Position numbers and translations under genes: made by a program. From the NCBI RefSeq assembly GCF_036321535.1, contig NC_087437.1, forward strand, positions 101,310,001-101,374,000: 64,000 nucleotides of DNA, in the 5' to 3' direction. Positions within the stretch are counted from its first letter, which is position 1. The number at the start of each line of letters is the position of its first letter. This DNA comes from Camelus dromedarius. Its lineage: Eukaryota. The notes under the pieces are model-generated. The model was not told where the DNA came from and did no database searches. It saw nothing but the letters and a program-made list of their open reading frames with translations. Below, in pieces: positions 36,574 to 49,190 of the stretch.

Positions 36574-39456
36574 GTTTTGGCTACATTTATAAGGTTAACT
36601 ACTATTTATCATATCTCTCCTACAAAACAGTTACTTGAGCTAAACTGTTTCCACTTAAGCTTCTTTGAATATGATAGGCATATCTTCACTTCAGCCGTTT
36701 GTTCATATGGTTTCTTCTGGAAAGAGGGAACAAGAGAAGGGGAGGGAACCAGGAGAGGAAGGAGAAAGGAGGAAAAGGGCAAAGGGAGAAAGGCTGTTAA
36801 CACTTAGGAGCACTTTCTATTTATCAAGCATTCAGATTGGCATGAAGATATGGATGAGCTGTGCATTTGCACAGGGAAAGAATCTCTAGATGCTTTTTAA
36901 AATATCACTGGATGCTAAACATTTGTGAAACTGTAACTCATTGGAGAAAACTCTTTTCTCAGATCCTTCCTCGGGACGTGTGCAGTGCATAGATGGAAGA
37001 AATAGTTTTATGAGCCCTTGCATTGGAGATGAAAAAGCTCCAAAGCAATATAGTCAAGTAGCAATAGACGTGCATTGAACTATATTAATGGGAGAGAAAG
37101 TGCTGTTAACGTCAGATCTTTTTTAAGGTAGCTGGGATATGTGGACTTGAATTCAGTACTAAATAGTTCTTGCTACTTGTGAAACCTAAATAATGTCAGT
37201 TGTGATTGTTCTTCTTCTGTCTTCCTTCTGTACAGCCTTCATCCTACTCTCTAAATAAATAATGAGCAAATATTGAAAGAACAGTAATTCTCAGCGGCAT
37301 CAAGTTATTAGACAGCAAAGGAGACCCATGGATCTCAGTGTGCCCTTGTAGTTATTATAAAAAGTTCTTTAAAACACATCTTTTTACCTAACATTCATAA
37401 AAACTTAGGAATTCAGTGTTAATATTCCAGTCTTGCTTGTGATTAAGAAATGATTAAGAAATATTTCCAGGATCACTGAATTTAGAGCTGCCAGACAAAT
37501 CAAGGTTTGTCTCATTTTTACATTTTATGCTTTGTTGAATACACATTCAACACTTATTGACTAAATCCAACACATATGTGGAACAATATTGCTAATCTCT
37601 TTACAAGTCTGTTTTTAAAGTAGGTTTATTGTCTCTGGATTTGGTCATGATTCCTCCTTTACTATTCCTGTCTTTTTCCCTCTGCACAATCCATATAATA
37701 AACAATCAGATGATTTTCATTATCTATGCAATAAGGTACATTTTGTTTTAAAATCAGTAGAAAAATATGTTGATACTCAATAAAATAATAGATCATTTTT
37801 CTTCTTTTTTTTTAGTAATTATGATGGCAAAAAAAATTGCTTAGAAATACCAAGTCGTAAGAGTGTACATATATTGAGATAACTCAAGTAAATGACTTCA
37901 CCTTTAAAAAAATCACTAGAAGTTTGTAAACTTAGTGAAATCACTCATTTCTGAAATGAGTTAATTGGCAATTTATGTCATGTCCCCAAATTCTCTTTTG
38001 AAGGAAATTATTTGTTTACAGAGCCACTTCCAATCAAGAGGGGGCCGTTCTGGGTTTCAGGACAGATGCAGTAAAGAAATAAATGGCTCCTTGGTGGAAT
38101 GGGGAAGTTATTGCATTTCTTCCTCACAAGACAGGAACAACAAAGGCAAAGACATGAGAGAATGAAATTGATTATGGACCAGTTTCCCCGTGTGGAATTA
38201 GGGGTTGGAGAGCTGTGTGTTTTATTTTGCCACTGTTACTAAGACCACTCTGCCTTATGTTTTCACTTCCGTTTCAGACTTAAGGCTTTGTGTTTGCTGT
38301 TGTTACTGCTGTTGTTTTCCCTTGTCAATATGAAGGCTTTTCTAGACACATCTGTAGAAAGAATCCTACCTTGAAACTAAATTGTTATCATCCTAGGATT
38401 TAGACATCAGTGGAAAAGTGATAATGTGGAGCCTCTTGTATGTACAAATGGAGGACCCTTCTGGGAATGTCTGGAAGAAAGGTAGAGTGAGCCGAGTTTA
38501 TCCTGGTTCGATAAAATGCTTGATTTCAGGAATCAAGGGTGAGCAGATTTTGGCTGATAAATCTTTTATTGAGGAGTGAATACTTTGAGTACAAGTGATG
38601 TAAGGCATCACCAGTATTAGGCAGCAGTGTAGGGCTAGATGGAGGCTTTATGTCACACAATGTGGAGGAAAGGGGAAAGTTTTCCTTTATGTCAGGAAAG
38701 GCACTCAAGTATCACATTAATAGATGTACCACCATGAGGTCATTTACTGCAGCCCCATGGCTACCAAAGAATATGGAGAACATTAGTGGGAGGTGGAAGC
38801 TAAGGCTGAAACAGGGAAGAGGAGAACTGGAAACAAAGATAGCAGCAATAGGAGGATTCTAGAGATACTTAGAAGACTATAAAAAAAATTATGGAAATAA
38901 TTAGCACCATCTCCTTTCAAATATTCCAAAACTGGCTTTGAGAAGTCCAGCATAATCTTTGCCTATATGGTTGTATACTTCTTTCAGGATAATATCATAT
39001 TTAAGCTCTTGTATAATTTTAAACTCTCTTTATTAGTAGTATTTATATATAAATATGTATTTAATTTTGGAAATGATTTTGAGCAGCATAATGATCAAGG
39101 TAGGAGACTGGGGATATTCTTTGAAATAATTCAAAAATTGTATCAGTATTTTTTGCATATATCCAAAGATCATATAAATTAATAAAACATACACCAAATT
39201 TGACCTTAAACTGCTGTCAGGCACAGCATACTATTATGAGATTGATAACTAATCTTGTTAAACCAGTTAAATTTTATTATATATAGCATATAAAAATCAC
39301 TAAAAAATTTTAGTGATGCAACAAAAAATCCTCAAATGCATAGCAAGTAATGTTCTTTGGAAGAAAATAAAGCAATTTTTTGAATTTAAGATGTCAACAA
39401 ATATTTAGTGTATATTGGTTACCATTAATAATATAACAATTGCATACAAAAATATG

Positions 39457-39926
39457 TGTGGGGCCAACTGGCATCCTTCAAAATCCATTGACCCCCATTT
39501 CTGGGTTCTCAGATCCCTCAATAGATAAAGTACATTCTTTACTGGGTGTGTTTATCCTAACAAACTATTAGCCTTAAAGAATGCCTAATCTCACAATAGC
39601 TCAGACTGCTTCATTTCAGCCCACATCTTATGAGTCAAATCCCACTGCCCTTCAAGAACCCTAAGCTTCTTACCTCACCTATAACCAACCAAAAATCTTG
39701 TGCATGAGCTGATCACACAGTCGCCAAACTACTGTGTTCACCAGCTCTTCCCCTAATAAAAAACCTCAGCAACCAACCCCCCAGTGCTCACAGAGGCATC
39801 TCCCATCTGTGTGGCCTGCTGTTGCCTGTAGCAGTGTAACCTGATAAACTCCTTTTCTAGTTTCATTCTTTGTCTTTGGTAAATTCTTTTACCACCTGCA
39901 ACACCTGCCCACCTTGTTCCCCGACA
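39457..39926 (+). mobile_element. ERV solo LTR
   Basis: Termini tgt(g)ggg...ccccgaca; ATGT-like TSD; U5-type 'ggtaaattctttttaccacc'; shares the AGCTGATCA module with the LTRs at 43353 and 56514. Confidence 0.75.
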
Positions 39927-40333
39927 ATGTATGTTTAGCTACTTCTGACTTTAAAACAAAAATTGTGTGAAAATCCTGACTATGTCAATGTAATTAAGCA
40001 CTGTTGAAACAAAAGCAATAAAATTAAATATTATGGAATCAATGTATAATTTGTGAATTATGTAAATGCATAATATTTACTCATCCAAAATCAGTCCCAT
40101 CAATAGAAAATGTAAACATGCATAATCATATTAAATTAATTTTTGTCATATCTTTGCACATAATTTTAGTTTTGATATTACAAGGTTATATATGTCAAGG
40201 TAAGAGAATAAAACATATTTTATTTAACATTTTACTAGCTGGATCTATATCTGCTAAATATTTAGATATGTGATACGTGGGTCTCCACTTCTAATTATGT
40301 CCCTTACCCTGCAAATTTTGAGGAATACACCTA
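39927..40333. mobile_element. hAT-Tip100-like DNA transposon terminal fragment (probably continues left of the LTR)
   Basis: 'aaatatttagatatgtgatacgtgggtctccacttc...ccctgcaaattttgagg' resembles a recalled Zaphod/MER115-type terminus. Confidence 0.5.
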
Positions 40334-40925
40334 TCTTTGAAATCATACCAAATACATAAAACAACTCTGTATTTCCCGACAAATTTATACATTTATACCA
40401 AATATATAAATGAGTACCAAATAAGTATTTATCAATCGTATGTTTCCTAAAACCACATCAGTAGGTTCTCAGGAAGATCTGAATATGTTATACAGTTCTA
40501 TATATACAGGCCCACCTTATCTTACTGTGCTTCACTTTAATGCACTTTGTAGATACTGTGTACTTTACAAACTGAAGGTTTATGGCAACCATGAATTAAG
40601 CAAATCTACCAGTGCCATTTTTCCAGCAGCATTTGCTCACTTCACATCGCTGCATCACATTTCGGCAATTGTTGCAATATTTCAAACTTTTTCATTACTG
40701 TTGAATTTGTTACAGTAATCTGTGATTGGTGATCTTGATGTTACAATTATAATTTTTCTGGAGCACCATAAACCATGCCCACTATAAGAAGGCAAATTTA
40801 ATAAATGTTGCATGTGTTCTGACAGCTCTACCAACTGGCCATTCTCTGTCTCTCGCCTTCTTCTCAGGCTTCCCTATTTCCTGAAACACAACAATATTGA
40901 AATTAGGCCAATTAATAACCCTACA

Positions 40926-43020
40926 ATGGCTGCTAAGTTTTCAAGTGAAAGGAAAAGTCACACATTTCTCACCTTAAATCAGAAGCTAGAAATGATTAAG
41001 CTTAGTGAGGAAGGCTTATTGAAAGTCAAAATATAACCAAAGCTAGGCCTCTTGTACCAAACAGTTAGCCAAGCTGTGAATGCAAAGATAAAGGTCTTGA
41101 AGAAAATGCAAAATGCCTCTCCAGTGAACACTTGAGTGATAAGAAATAGAAACAGCCTTACTGCTGATATGGAGAATTTTTCAGTGGTACAGATAGAAGA
41201 TCAAACCAGTCACAACATTCTCTTAAAACAAAATCTTTTCCAAAGCTAGGCCCTAACTCTCTTTAATTCTGTGAAGGCTGGGAGTGGTGAGGAAGCCACA
41301 GAAGAAAAGTTTGAAACCTAGCAGAGGTTGGTTCATGAGATTTAAGGAAAGAAGCCATCTCCATAATATAAAGTGACAAGGTGAAGCAGCAAGTGCTGAT
41401 GTAGAAGCTGCAGCAAGTTCTCCAGAAGATCTAGCTCAGATCACTAATGAAGGTTGGCTACACTGCAACAGATTTTCAATGTAGACAAAACAGCCTTCTA
41501 CTGAAGGAAGACGCTATCTAGGACTTTTATCGCTAGAGAGGAGAAGTCAATGTCTGGATTCAAATCTTCAAAGGACAGCTGAATTTCTTGCTAGGGGCTA
41601 ATGCAGCTGGTGACTGTAAGTTGAAGCCAATGCTCATTTACCATTCTGAGAATTCTAGGACCCCTAAGAATTATGCTAAATCTACTTTGTCTATGCTCTA
41701 TAAATGGAACAAAGCCCAGATGACACACATCAGTTTACAATGTGGTTTACTGAATATTTTAAGCCCACTGTTGAGATATTTTGCTTAAAATAGTGTCCTT
41801 TCAAAATATGACTGCTCACTGACAGTGCACCTGGTCACCCAAGAGCTCTGATGGAGTTGTAGAGTGAGATTAGTATAATTTTCAAGCCTGCTAACACAAC
41901 ATCCATTCTGCAGCCTGTGGATCAAGGAGTAATTTCAATTTTGAAGTCTTGCCATTCAAGAGATACATTTTTGTAAGGCTGTAGCTGCCATAGATAGTGA
42001 GTTCGCTGATGGATCTGGGCAAAGTCAATTGAAAACCTTCTTGAAAGGATTCACCATCCTAGATATCATTAAGTACATTCATGATTCATGGGAAAAAGTC
42101 AAAATAACAACATTAATAAGAGTTTGGAAGAACTTGATCCAACCCTCATGGATGACTTTGAGGGATTAAAGACGTTGTTGGAAAAAGTAACTGCAGATGT
42201 GGTGGCAATAGCAAGACAACTAGGGTTAGAAGTGGAGTCTATGTTTAATTCATACTCTCTTCAGAATTATAGTGAAAAATCATACCAAGGAATTTTGATA
42301 ATTCATTACAATGTCTTAGAATGATGACTTTTTTTTTTACCGAAAGTTGTGTTTCTAAAGTAATGATGCCATGAAATTGAACAAATTGCATATGACATTT
42401 GTCTGCTTACTTTGTAATCATACCTTCAACTTGAGACTTCAAAAAGTTTGCTTTTTAAATATTTAAGCCAGGCTCAGAAGCTTGTTTTAACACCTTTGGA
42501 AAAAGTATAGAATATACTTTCTATAGTCAAAAAAAAAAAAAAAAAAAAAAAGTGGAGCCTGAAGAGGTGACTGAGTTGTTGCAATCTCATGATAAACCTT
42601 TAACAGATGAGGAGTTGCCTTTTTATGGATGAGCAAAGAATTTGGTTTCTTAAGCTAGAAATGCCTCCTGGTGAAGATTCTGCGAAGATTGTTGAAATGA
42701 GAACAAAGAATTTAGAATATTAAAATAAACTTATTTGGTAAAGCAGCAGCACAATTGGAGAAGACTGACTCCAATGTTGAAAGAAGTTCTACTGTGTGTT
42801 GAATGCTATCAAACTGCATTACATGTGACAGATAAATTATTAGTGAAAAAGAGTTAACCAATGCAGCAAACTTCATTGTTGTCTTATTTTGAGAAATTTG
42901 GCCACAGCCACCCCAACCTTCAGCAACCACCACCCCAATCAGTCAGCAGCCATCAACAGTGAGGCAAGACCCTCCACCAGCAAAAAGACTGACTAACTGA
43001 AAGCTCAGATGATGGTTGGC
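40926..43020 (+). pseudogene. Decayed Tigger1 transposase (TIGD1-like sequence, CENP-B/pogo family)
   Basis: MAAKFSSERKSHTFLTLNQKLEMIKLSEEG (HTH); QQIFNVD (D 41484); LGANAAGDCKLKPMLIYHSEN; D-SAPGHP (41821); QPVDQG (D 41920). Many stops and frameshifts. Confidence 0.92.
42241..42551 (+). pseudogene. L1-mediated retroposed unique sequence (5'-truncated retrocopy or orphan transduction)
   Basis: 288-bp body + A23 (42529-42551); TSD agaagtggagtct (42228-42240) / aaaagtggagcct (42548-42560); target TT|AGAA. The Tigger1 sequence resumes exactly after the insert. Confidence 0.85.
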
Positions 43021-43352
43021 ATTATTTTAGCAATAAAGTATTTTTTAATTAAGGCACATACATTGTTTTGTTAGACATAATGTTATTACACATTTAATAA
43101 ATTACAGTTTCATGCAAACATAAGTTCTATATTAACTGGGAAACCAAAAATATTAGGGTGACTCACTTTTTTGTGATACTTGCTTTATTGGTGGTCTGGA
43201 GCTGAACGCACAGTCCCTCTGAGGTATGCCTGGGTTAGGCTCAGTAGTGGTAAACAGATTATTACTTAGAAATCACCACTCAGTTCTATCAAAGATCATG
43301 CTATAGAAAACTATCAAAAGCACATCTAAATGCTATTTTCTAACAGTCATTA

Positions 43353-43971
43353 TGTAACTAAGCAGAACCTTATGGATCCTTTCCAAGACAGACCCACTCC
43401 CTACTCGCTTCTTGTTTGTAGTAAAACTTTATCCTCCTAGGTCTTTCCCGAGTTCCAAAGAATAAGTTTAATCAGAGAAGTGAGAAAATGCAGAAACAAA
43501 GGAAAACAGTTAAGCGAGACAAAAATAGTAATAGTTTAGCCATTAAACAAAGTTAAGGACCTTTAATTCCTCCTCAGGGTTTATGGACAATATTCTGAGC
43601 CATATCCTTTGAGCTGTTTTTCAGATAATGAAACCCCTACCAGGTGGAAGAGGTTAACTACATGCTGCCCACAAGCACTAGACCCCAGACCAGTTGCAAC
43701 CAGAAGGTTGATGATGTTGACTTCTGATTACTTCATCACCAACCAATCAGAAGAATGTCCACAAGCTGATCATGTACCCCACAACCCCCCTCCTCACTAT
43801 GTCTTTAAAAATCTTTCCCTGATAGCCATCAGTCCTTTCAGCACTAGTTTCCTGGAATCCCTGCTTAGCACCCTGCAGTAAACACTGCACTTTCCTTCAG
43901 CACAACCTGGTGTCAGTTGATTGGCTACACTGTGTACATGGGCAAGCAGACCCAAGTTTGGTTCAGTAGCA
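43353..43971 (+). mobile_element. ERV1-class solo LTR
   Basis: TGTAAC...GTAGCA termini; perfect 4-bp TSD ATTA (43349-43352 / 43972-43975); CCAAT at 43743, TATA-like 'tttaaaaa', poly(A)-signal variant 'agtaaa'. Confidence 0.92.
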
Positions 43972-46367
43972 ATTATTCCTATTAGTATTTTTCTCTAGAA
44001 TCCTTTATAATGATTTATTCCAAATCTGACACATTGTAGGAAGGGGAAATACATAAATTATGTATGTCTCTCAGATTCAGCTTTTATGTGGATAGCACAT
44101 AACATGATAAACTATATGCCATTAATCTTAAACCATCTATAGTTGTAGTGAAATCTATTAATTGCCTCTAAAATGATGAATAATCAGGTCAAGGAGGAAA
44201 ACATTTAATTTCTTCAACAGAAAGACAATTTCCCTAATGGAAACCATTTTAATGCTTTGATGAAAATATTATCTGTTTAAATCAGTTTTTAAGTGACATA
44301 AGGAGCCCAAATTATAGCTTTGTCATGCACATTCTTCCTTCCCTAGTCCACACTGACTCCTACTTCTTGTCTACAGAGGGCCAGTCTCTTCTGGAACACA
44401 GTGACTTTCATTCAGACAAACATGCTCCTGGGGAAGGCCGGCTGAAATTTACTCATGCTATGTCAGTGGTTCCAAAGTCAAGGGGTAGTAATGTATTGAA
44501 ATTTAATATACAGCACACTCAGTAAAAACAAAGCAAAGCAAAACTGGATAAGACAAACTTTTTAAGGAAATGTAGCTTACATGATTTTGCCCCCTCTAGC
44601 AATATAATCTTAGTTATCAAAATTAGATGACATACAAATATCTATCGTCTATATATCTATTGATCTATGATATATAACTTACCTATTTATTATTTATCTA
44701 ACATCTTATTGAAGAACAAATGATAATTTTCAAAACTTTTGCCAGGTGACTTGTCAATACTGAGTACAAATTAGTTTTCTCTTTGTCATTTTTCTCTCTC
44801 TGTTCTTCTGGGTGTCTCTATTCTGGGGGATGTCAGGTAGTGGGGGTAAGAGCGTTATATTTCCCCATGAAGAAGGTCAGTTTTTTTCGTGTCTTGTATT
44901 TGCCCCCTCTAGTCTTTCTCAAATTATTATTTTTAATTAGTGAATTGTGATCTCTAGGTCTCTTGAGAAGCCTCTTCCTTCTAATTGATTAGAAAATGTT
45001 CCTTTTAGTCAACTTTGGTATGCTTTCTTCTTTAACCTGAATGTACTTTGTTATGTTACATTTAAGGAGCAGTATATTGGCTGGTCCTCTTCCTATCATG
45101 CCAGTGGGGTTAAGGAGGAAAATGACATTATTCTTCAGCTACTTTGGGTACTGAGTGACTTAACTGAAAAACATATAATCTCTTGTTCAGAATCCTTATA
45201 TATAGTGTAATTAAACAACCTCTCACCTAAAATTCACAATTTAAAATTCTTATTTAGTGATTTTACAACTATTGTTATCTAGGATCAGGAGTACCATCAT
45301 ATGGGTTTCAGTTAGGCCATGGTAATCAGCAAGTCTCCTAGAGGAATTTAACATCTATTTGGCAACTTCTAAAGTAGGGCTAAGAATTTTATCATTTAAA
45401 ATATTTTTTTTTAAGCAGTAATGCACTGAACTTGATTTGGTGGAGAAATGAGTTATAATTGTGCCACGGTTCTGAGATCATGCCATTAAATGGGCAACTA
45501 AAGTATTGTACAGCTTCATGGAATGTAGTCTTACCATGTTTTTTTTCTCATTTTTCTCCCACAATTTAGATAAGTAGGAATGTATTTTAGTTATTCTTTC
45601 CAAACTCTAGGAACTCCATACAAGATTCGCTGGCAGTCTCCTGGGTTCCTTCTGCATGGTTAGGGAAGTTATGATGACACTTCAGAAGTATAAGGAAAAT
45701 TATTTCTACTTGTAAGAAAGTAAAAAAAAAAAAAAAAAGCTCTCTTTGTGGTGTGAAAGGGTTATGTTACCTGTGGTTTTAATTTGGTGAAAAATACAGC
45801 CAGATTAAAGAAAGAATGTTGAAGACAAGTGTTACCAAAACAGAACTACAAATTTTCCTTGAGAGTCACATAAAAAATTAACTATCCCCGTAGCTGTTAT
45901 TGTATTAAGCAAACCACCAGAAATTTAGATCCAAATGAACATTTGGCTGCCATGAGAAAGATGGTCAGACTTTGCCTTATTGTTTCAATGTAATATATAA
46001 AAGGTGCTATCACTAATTAGAAGATATTACTTGGGGTCCAGACTTTCATTGCCTCCCTTTGGGTCTTGCCTTCAGATTATGCTTTTAAGTTTTTTTAAAA
46101 TAATTTATTAGTCATTATTTTCTTCATAAATAAAAAATGGGATTCTATATCATAATTATCAACATTTTTTTCACAGCTGAGCATTAATGAGTTCAAACTA
46201 TTTTCAGGAGTCAAATTTTCTTATTAAAGACAAATATGTACAACAATTAATACACAATTTTAATGATTTATATAGTATTCAAAGATAATATCAAACAGCA
46301 GGTATAGAGGAAATTATATTAAGTTTCTGTTACATAATATAAATTGCGGTGAATTTTTTGGATTTTT

Positions 46368-47606
46368 AAATGCATTAAAGATTGAAATGTAAGACTGGAT
46401 ACTATAAAACTCCTAGTGGAAAACAAAGCAGAACAGTCTTTGACATAAATCACAGCAATATCTTTTTGGATCCTTTTCCTAAAGTAAAGGACATAAAAGC
46501 AAAAATAAACACATGGGACCCAATTAAACTTAAAAGCTTTTGAACCGTGCAGGAAACCATCAACAAAATGAAAAGATAACCTACTGAATGGAAGAAATAT
46601 TTGCAAATGATATGACTGATAAGTGATTAATATCCAACATACATAAACAGCTCATACAACTCAACATCAGAAAAACCCAAACCCAGTTAAAATAAATCGG
46701 CAGAAGAATTGAATAGACATTTTTCCAGAGAAGAAATGCAGACGGCCAACAGGCACATGAAAAGATGCTCAACATCACTAATCATCAGGGAAATGCAAAT
46801 TAAAACCACAATGAGGTATCACTTCACACCTATCAGAATGGCTGTCATCAAAAAGAACACAAATAGCAAATGTTGGTGAGAATATGGAGAAAGGGGAACC
46901 CTTGTACACTGTTGGTGGGAATGTATATTGGGGCAGGCACTGTGGAAAACAGTATGGATGTTTCTCAAAAAATGAAAAATAGAACTACCACATGACCCAG
47001 CAATTCCATCCCTGGATATATATCTGAAAAAAACCCACTAATTTTAAAAGATACATGCACCCTAATGTTCATAGCAGCATTATTTATAATTGCCAAGATA
47101 TGAAAACAATCTAAGTGTCCATCAACAGATGATGGATAAAGATGTCAGTATATCTATATATATATAGGACACCACTCAGCCACAAAAAAGAACAGAAGTA
47201 TGCCCTTTGCAGAAACATGGATGAACTTGGAGGGCATTATTGTAAGTAAAATAAGTCAGACAGAGGAAGAGAAATATTGTATGATATTACTTATATGTGG
47301 AGTCTAAAAAATACAACAAACTAATGAATCTAAAAAAAAAAAGAATAAACAGACTCAGAGAGATAGGAAACAAACTAGCGTTTACCAGTGGGGAGAGGGA
47401 AGCAGAGGCAATATAGGTATAGAGAAGTAAGAGATACAAAGTATTAAGTATAAAATAGGCCACAAGGATATGTTGTATAGCATGGGGAATACAGCCAATA
47501 TTTTATAATAACTATAAATGGAGTATAACTTTAAAATATTGTGAATCACTGTACTGTATATCTTTAACTTACATAATTTGTAAAGCAAATATATTTCAAT
47601 AAAAAA
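46368..47606 (+). mobile_element. 5'-truncated L1 (ORF2 C-terminus + 3' UTR)
   Basis: 'aaaagatgctcaacatcactaatcatcagggaaatgcaaattaaaaccacaatgaggtatcac' ([21 protein letters not shown]), a 3' UTR and terminal 'caataaaaaa'. Confidence 0.95.
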
Positions 47607-47949
47607 TTATATCACTACCTGTAAAATGGGCAATATTGTCCATGTTTTTTGAAGTTTAGGGGAAATGACTAATTATCTATATTCAAAGTCACAAAACAAG
47701 AAAGAAAAAGTGAATAAAGTTTAGTTAGCAGCTCAGGAATACACAAGTTCCAATTTATTTTTTACATTTAACACCATTAAACACAATTTTACATTAAACA
47801 TAGTTTCAAAACTTTGAAGTGATCTTACTTGTGAACATAGAGGAAAACATAATTAAATCACCGTAAAATAGAACCCAGTGGTCTTTCAAATGAGTAATAT
47901 GCATATGCCAGGACTGTTTATCCCAATTGCTCAGGTGTAGTTCAAAAAC

Positions 47950-48580
47950 AGAAAATATTTAAGCATATTTGGTAACATCATCAAATTATATGAAAAAAAT
48001 TCTATGACGTGGATAATAGTGAGGTCATTTTATACAATATAGCAGTCATTCCTAGTAAAAACAGTGAATAACATAGAAATAAATCAAACCTACTTAATCA
48101 ACATAAATTTCTAAAATCGGCAGTTAATATTACCTTAAATTGCAAATATATTTAAGGAGCAAGAGGTGGTTGGCCAGTGTTAAGATTATCATACACTATT
48201 AACATGATTTTCTAACAAGTAAGAACAAGAAAAATAAAATAGTGGATGTAATTATCATTAAATGGCAAGGAATAGACTATGTTTTATTTATAATGGTACA
48301 AATGTATATCTATAAAATCTAAGAAACTATAAAATTACAGATAAGATAAAATAAAAATCAGTATAAAATGCCTGATGTGTACTTATTGCAAAGTGTTATA
48401 AGTTGTGCTCTAATTTAACAATTGGAACACTAAAAGGGGGTAAAAATAACTCCTTGACAAGAAAAAGGAAAGATCTACAATCTGTACAGATACATTTAAT
48501 TTAAAAAAACACATTTTTTATGAAAAGAACCATACAAGCTTATTGACAGAAACAATAAATGAACAAATAGAAGTGAATAA
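47950..48580 (+). mobile_element. Very old L1 ORF2 fragment
   Basis: A-rich text with a degraded RT region 'aatagactatgttttatttataatggtacaaatgtatatctataaaatctaagaaa'. Confidence 0.45.
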
Positions 48581-48619
48581 GGTTGGCTTTAATCTTACTT
48601 GAAAAAGCAAATACTGTGC

Positions 48620-49190
48620 TATTTGTTTGAATTTTTACATCTCTGTCCATGAGTGAGATTGGCCTGTACTTTTCCTTTCCTAAAGTATCCTATAATAGCC
48701 TTTACCACTTTGAATCAATTTAGGTTGCATTTTTCTGAGAATTAATCAATATCACCTAACTTTTCGCTGTCATATATTTGAACATCATATTTCTTATTTA
48801 CTGTAAAAACGGCTTTCTTGTAATTATGTTTCTATTTTTGTTTCTAATACTATTGCTGACTCCTTCCTTTTTCCTTCATCAGCTTTGCAATAGCTTTCTT
48901 TTATCCCTCTGTGTTGTTTTATTCTGTTTTGTTTTGTTTTGTGGAGAGAGAGGGTGGTAGGCAAACCTGTATTTGATTGGTATCCTGTTTTAAATCTCTA
49001 TTTTGCATTTCAATTATTTCTGCTCTTAGCTATGTTAATTCATTCTATTTCCCTCCTGCATATTTTGGTGTTCTAATTTTAAGTTATATGTCTAGTTTAT
49101 TAATACTAGACTTTATTTCATTTAAACCTAAGTATTTATTTAATAATGCCTCACAAATTCTGATACGTAGCATCATGTATATTTATAATT
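48620..49190 (-). mobile_element. Very old L1 ORF2 fragment (L1ME-like)
   Basis: 'atttttacatctctgtccatgagtgagattggcctgtacttttcctttc' and 'tttcaattatttctgctctta'. Confidence 0.6.

Larger units (their letters stand above)
40507..43232 (+). mobile_element. Full-length Tigger1 (TcMar-Tigger/pogo) DNA transposon carrying a 320-bp insertion
   Basis: TA|caggcccacct... and ...gaggtatgcctg TIRs. 2726 bp minus the 320-bp insert gives ~2.4 kb, the Tigger1 length. Transposase motifs are present throughout. Confidence 0.97.

Noticed and set aside
42321..42420. C/D-box snoRNA within the retroposed insert (ATGATGA at 42321)
   Set aside because: No downstream CTGA D box or terminal stem.
40926..43020. Domesticated TIGD1 gene
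   Set aside because: Multiple stops, frameshifts and a 320-bp insertion; flanked by TIRs like an ordinary fossil copy.
46311..46367. 5' inversion (twin priming) or extra sequence at the start of the L1 at 46368
   Set aside because: The TSD is ambiguous (aaattatat at 46311/47604 is low-complexity and the flank may be a split MIR), and the reverse-complement similarity to L1 is too weak.
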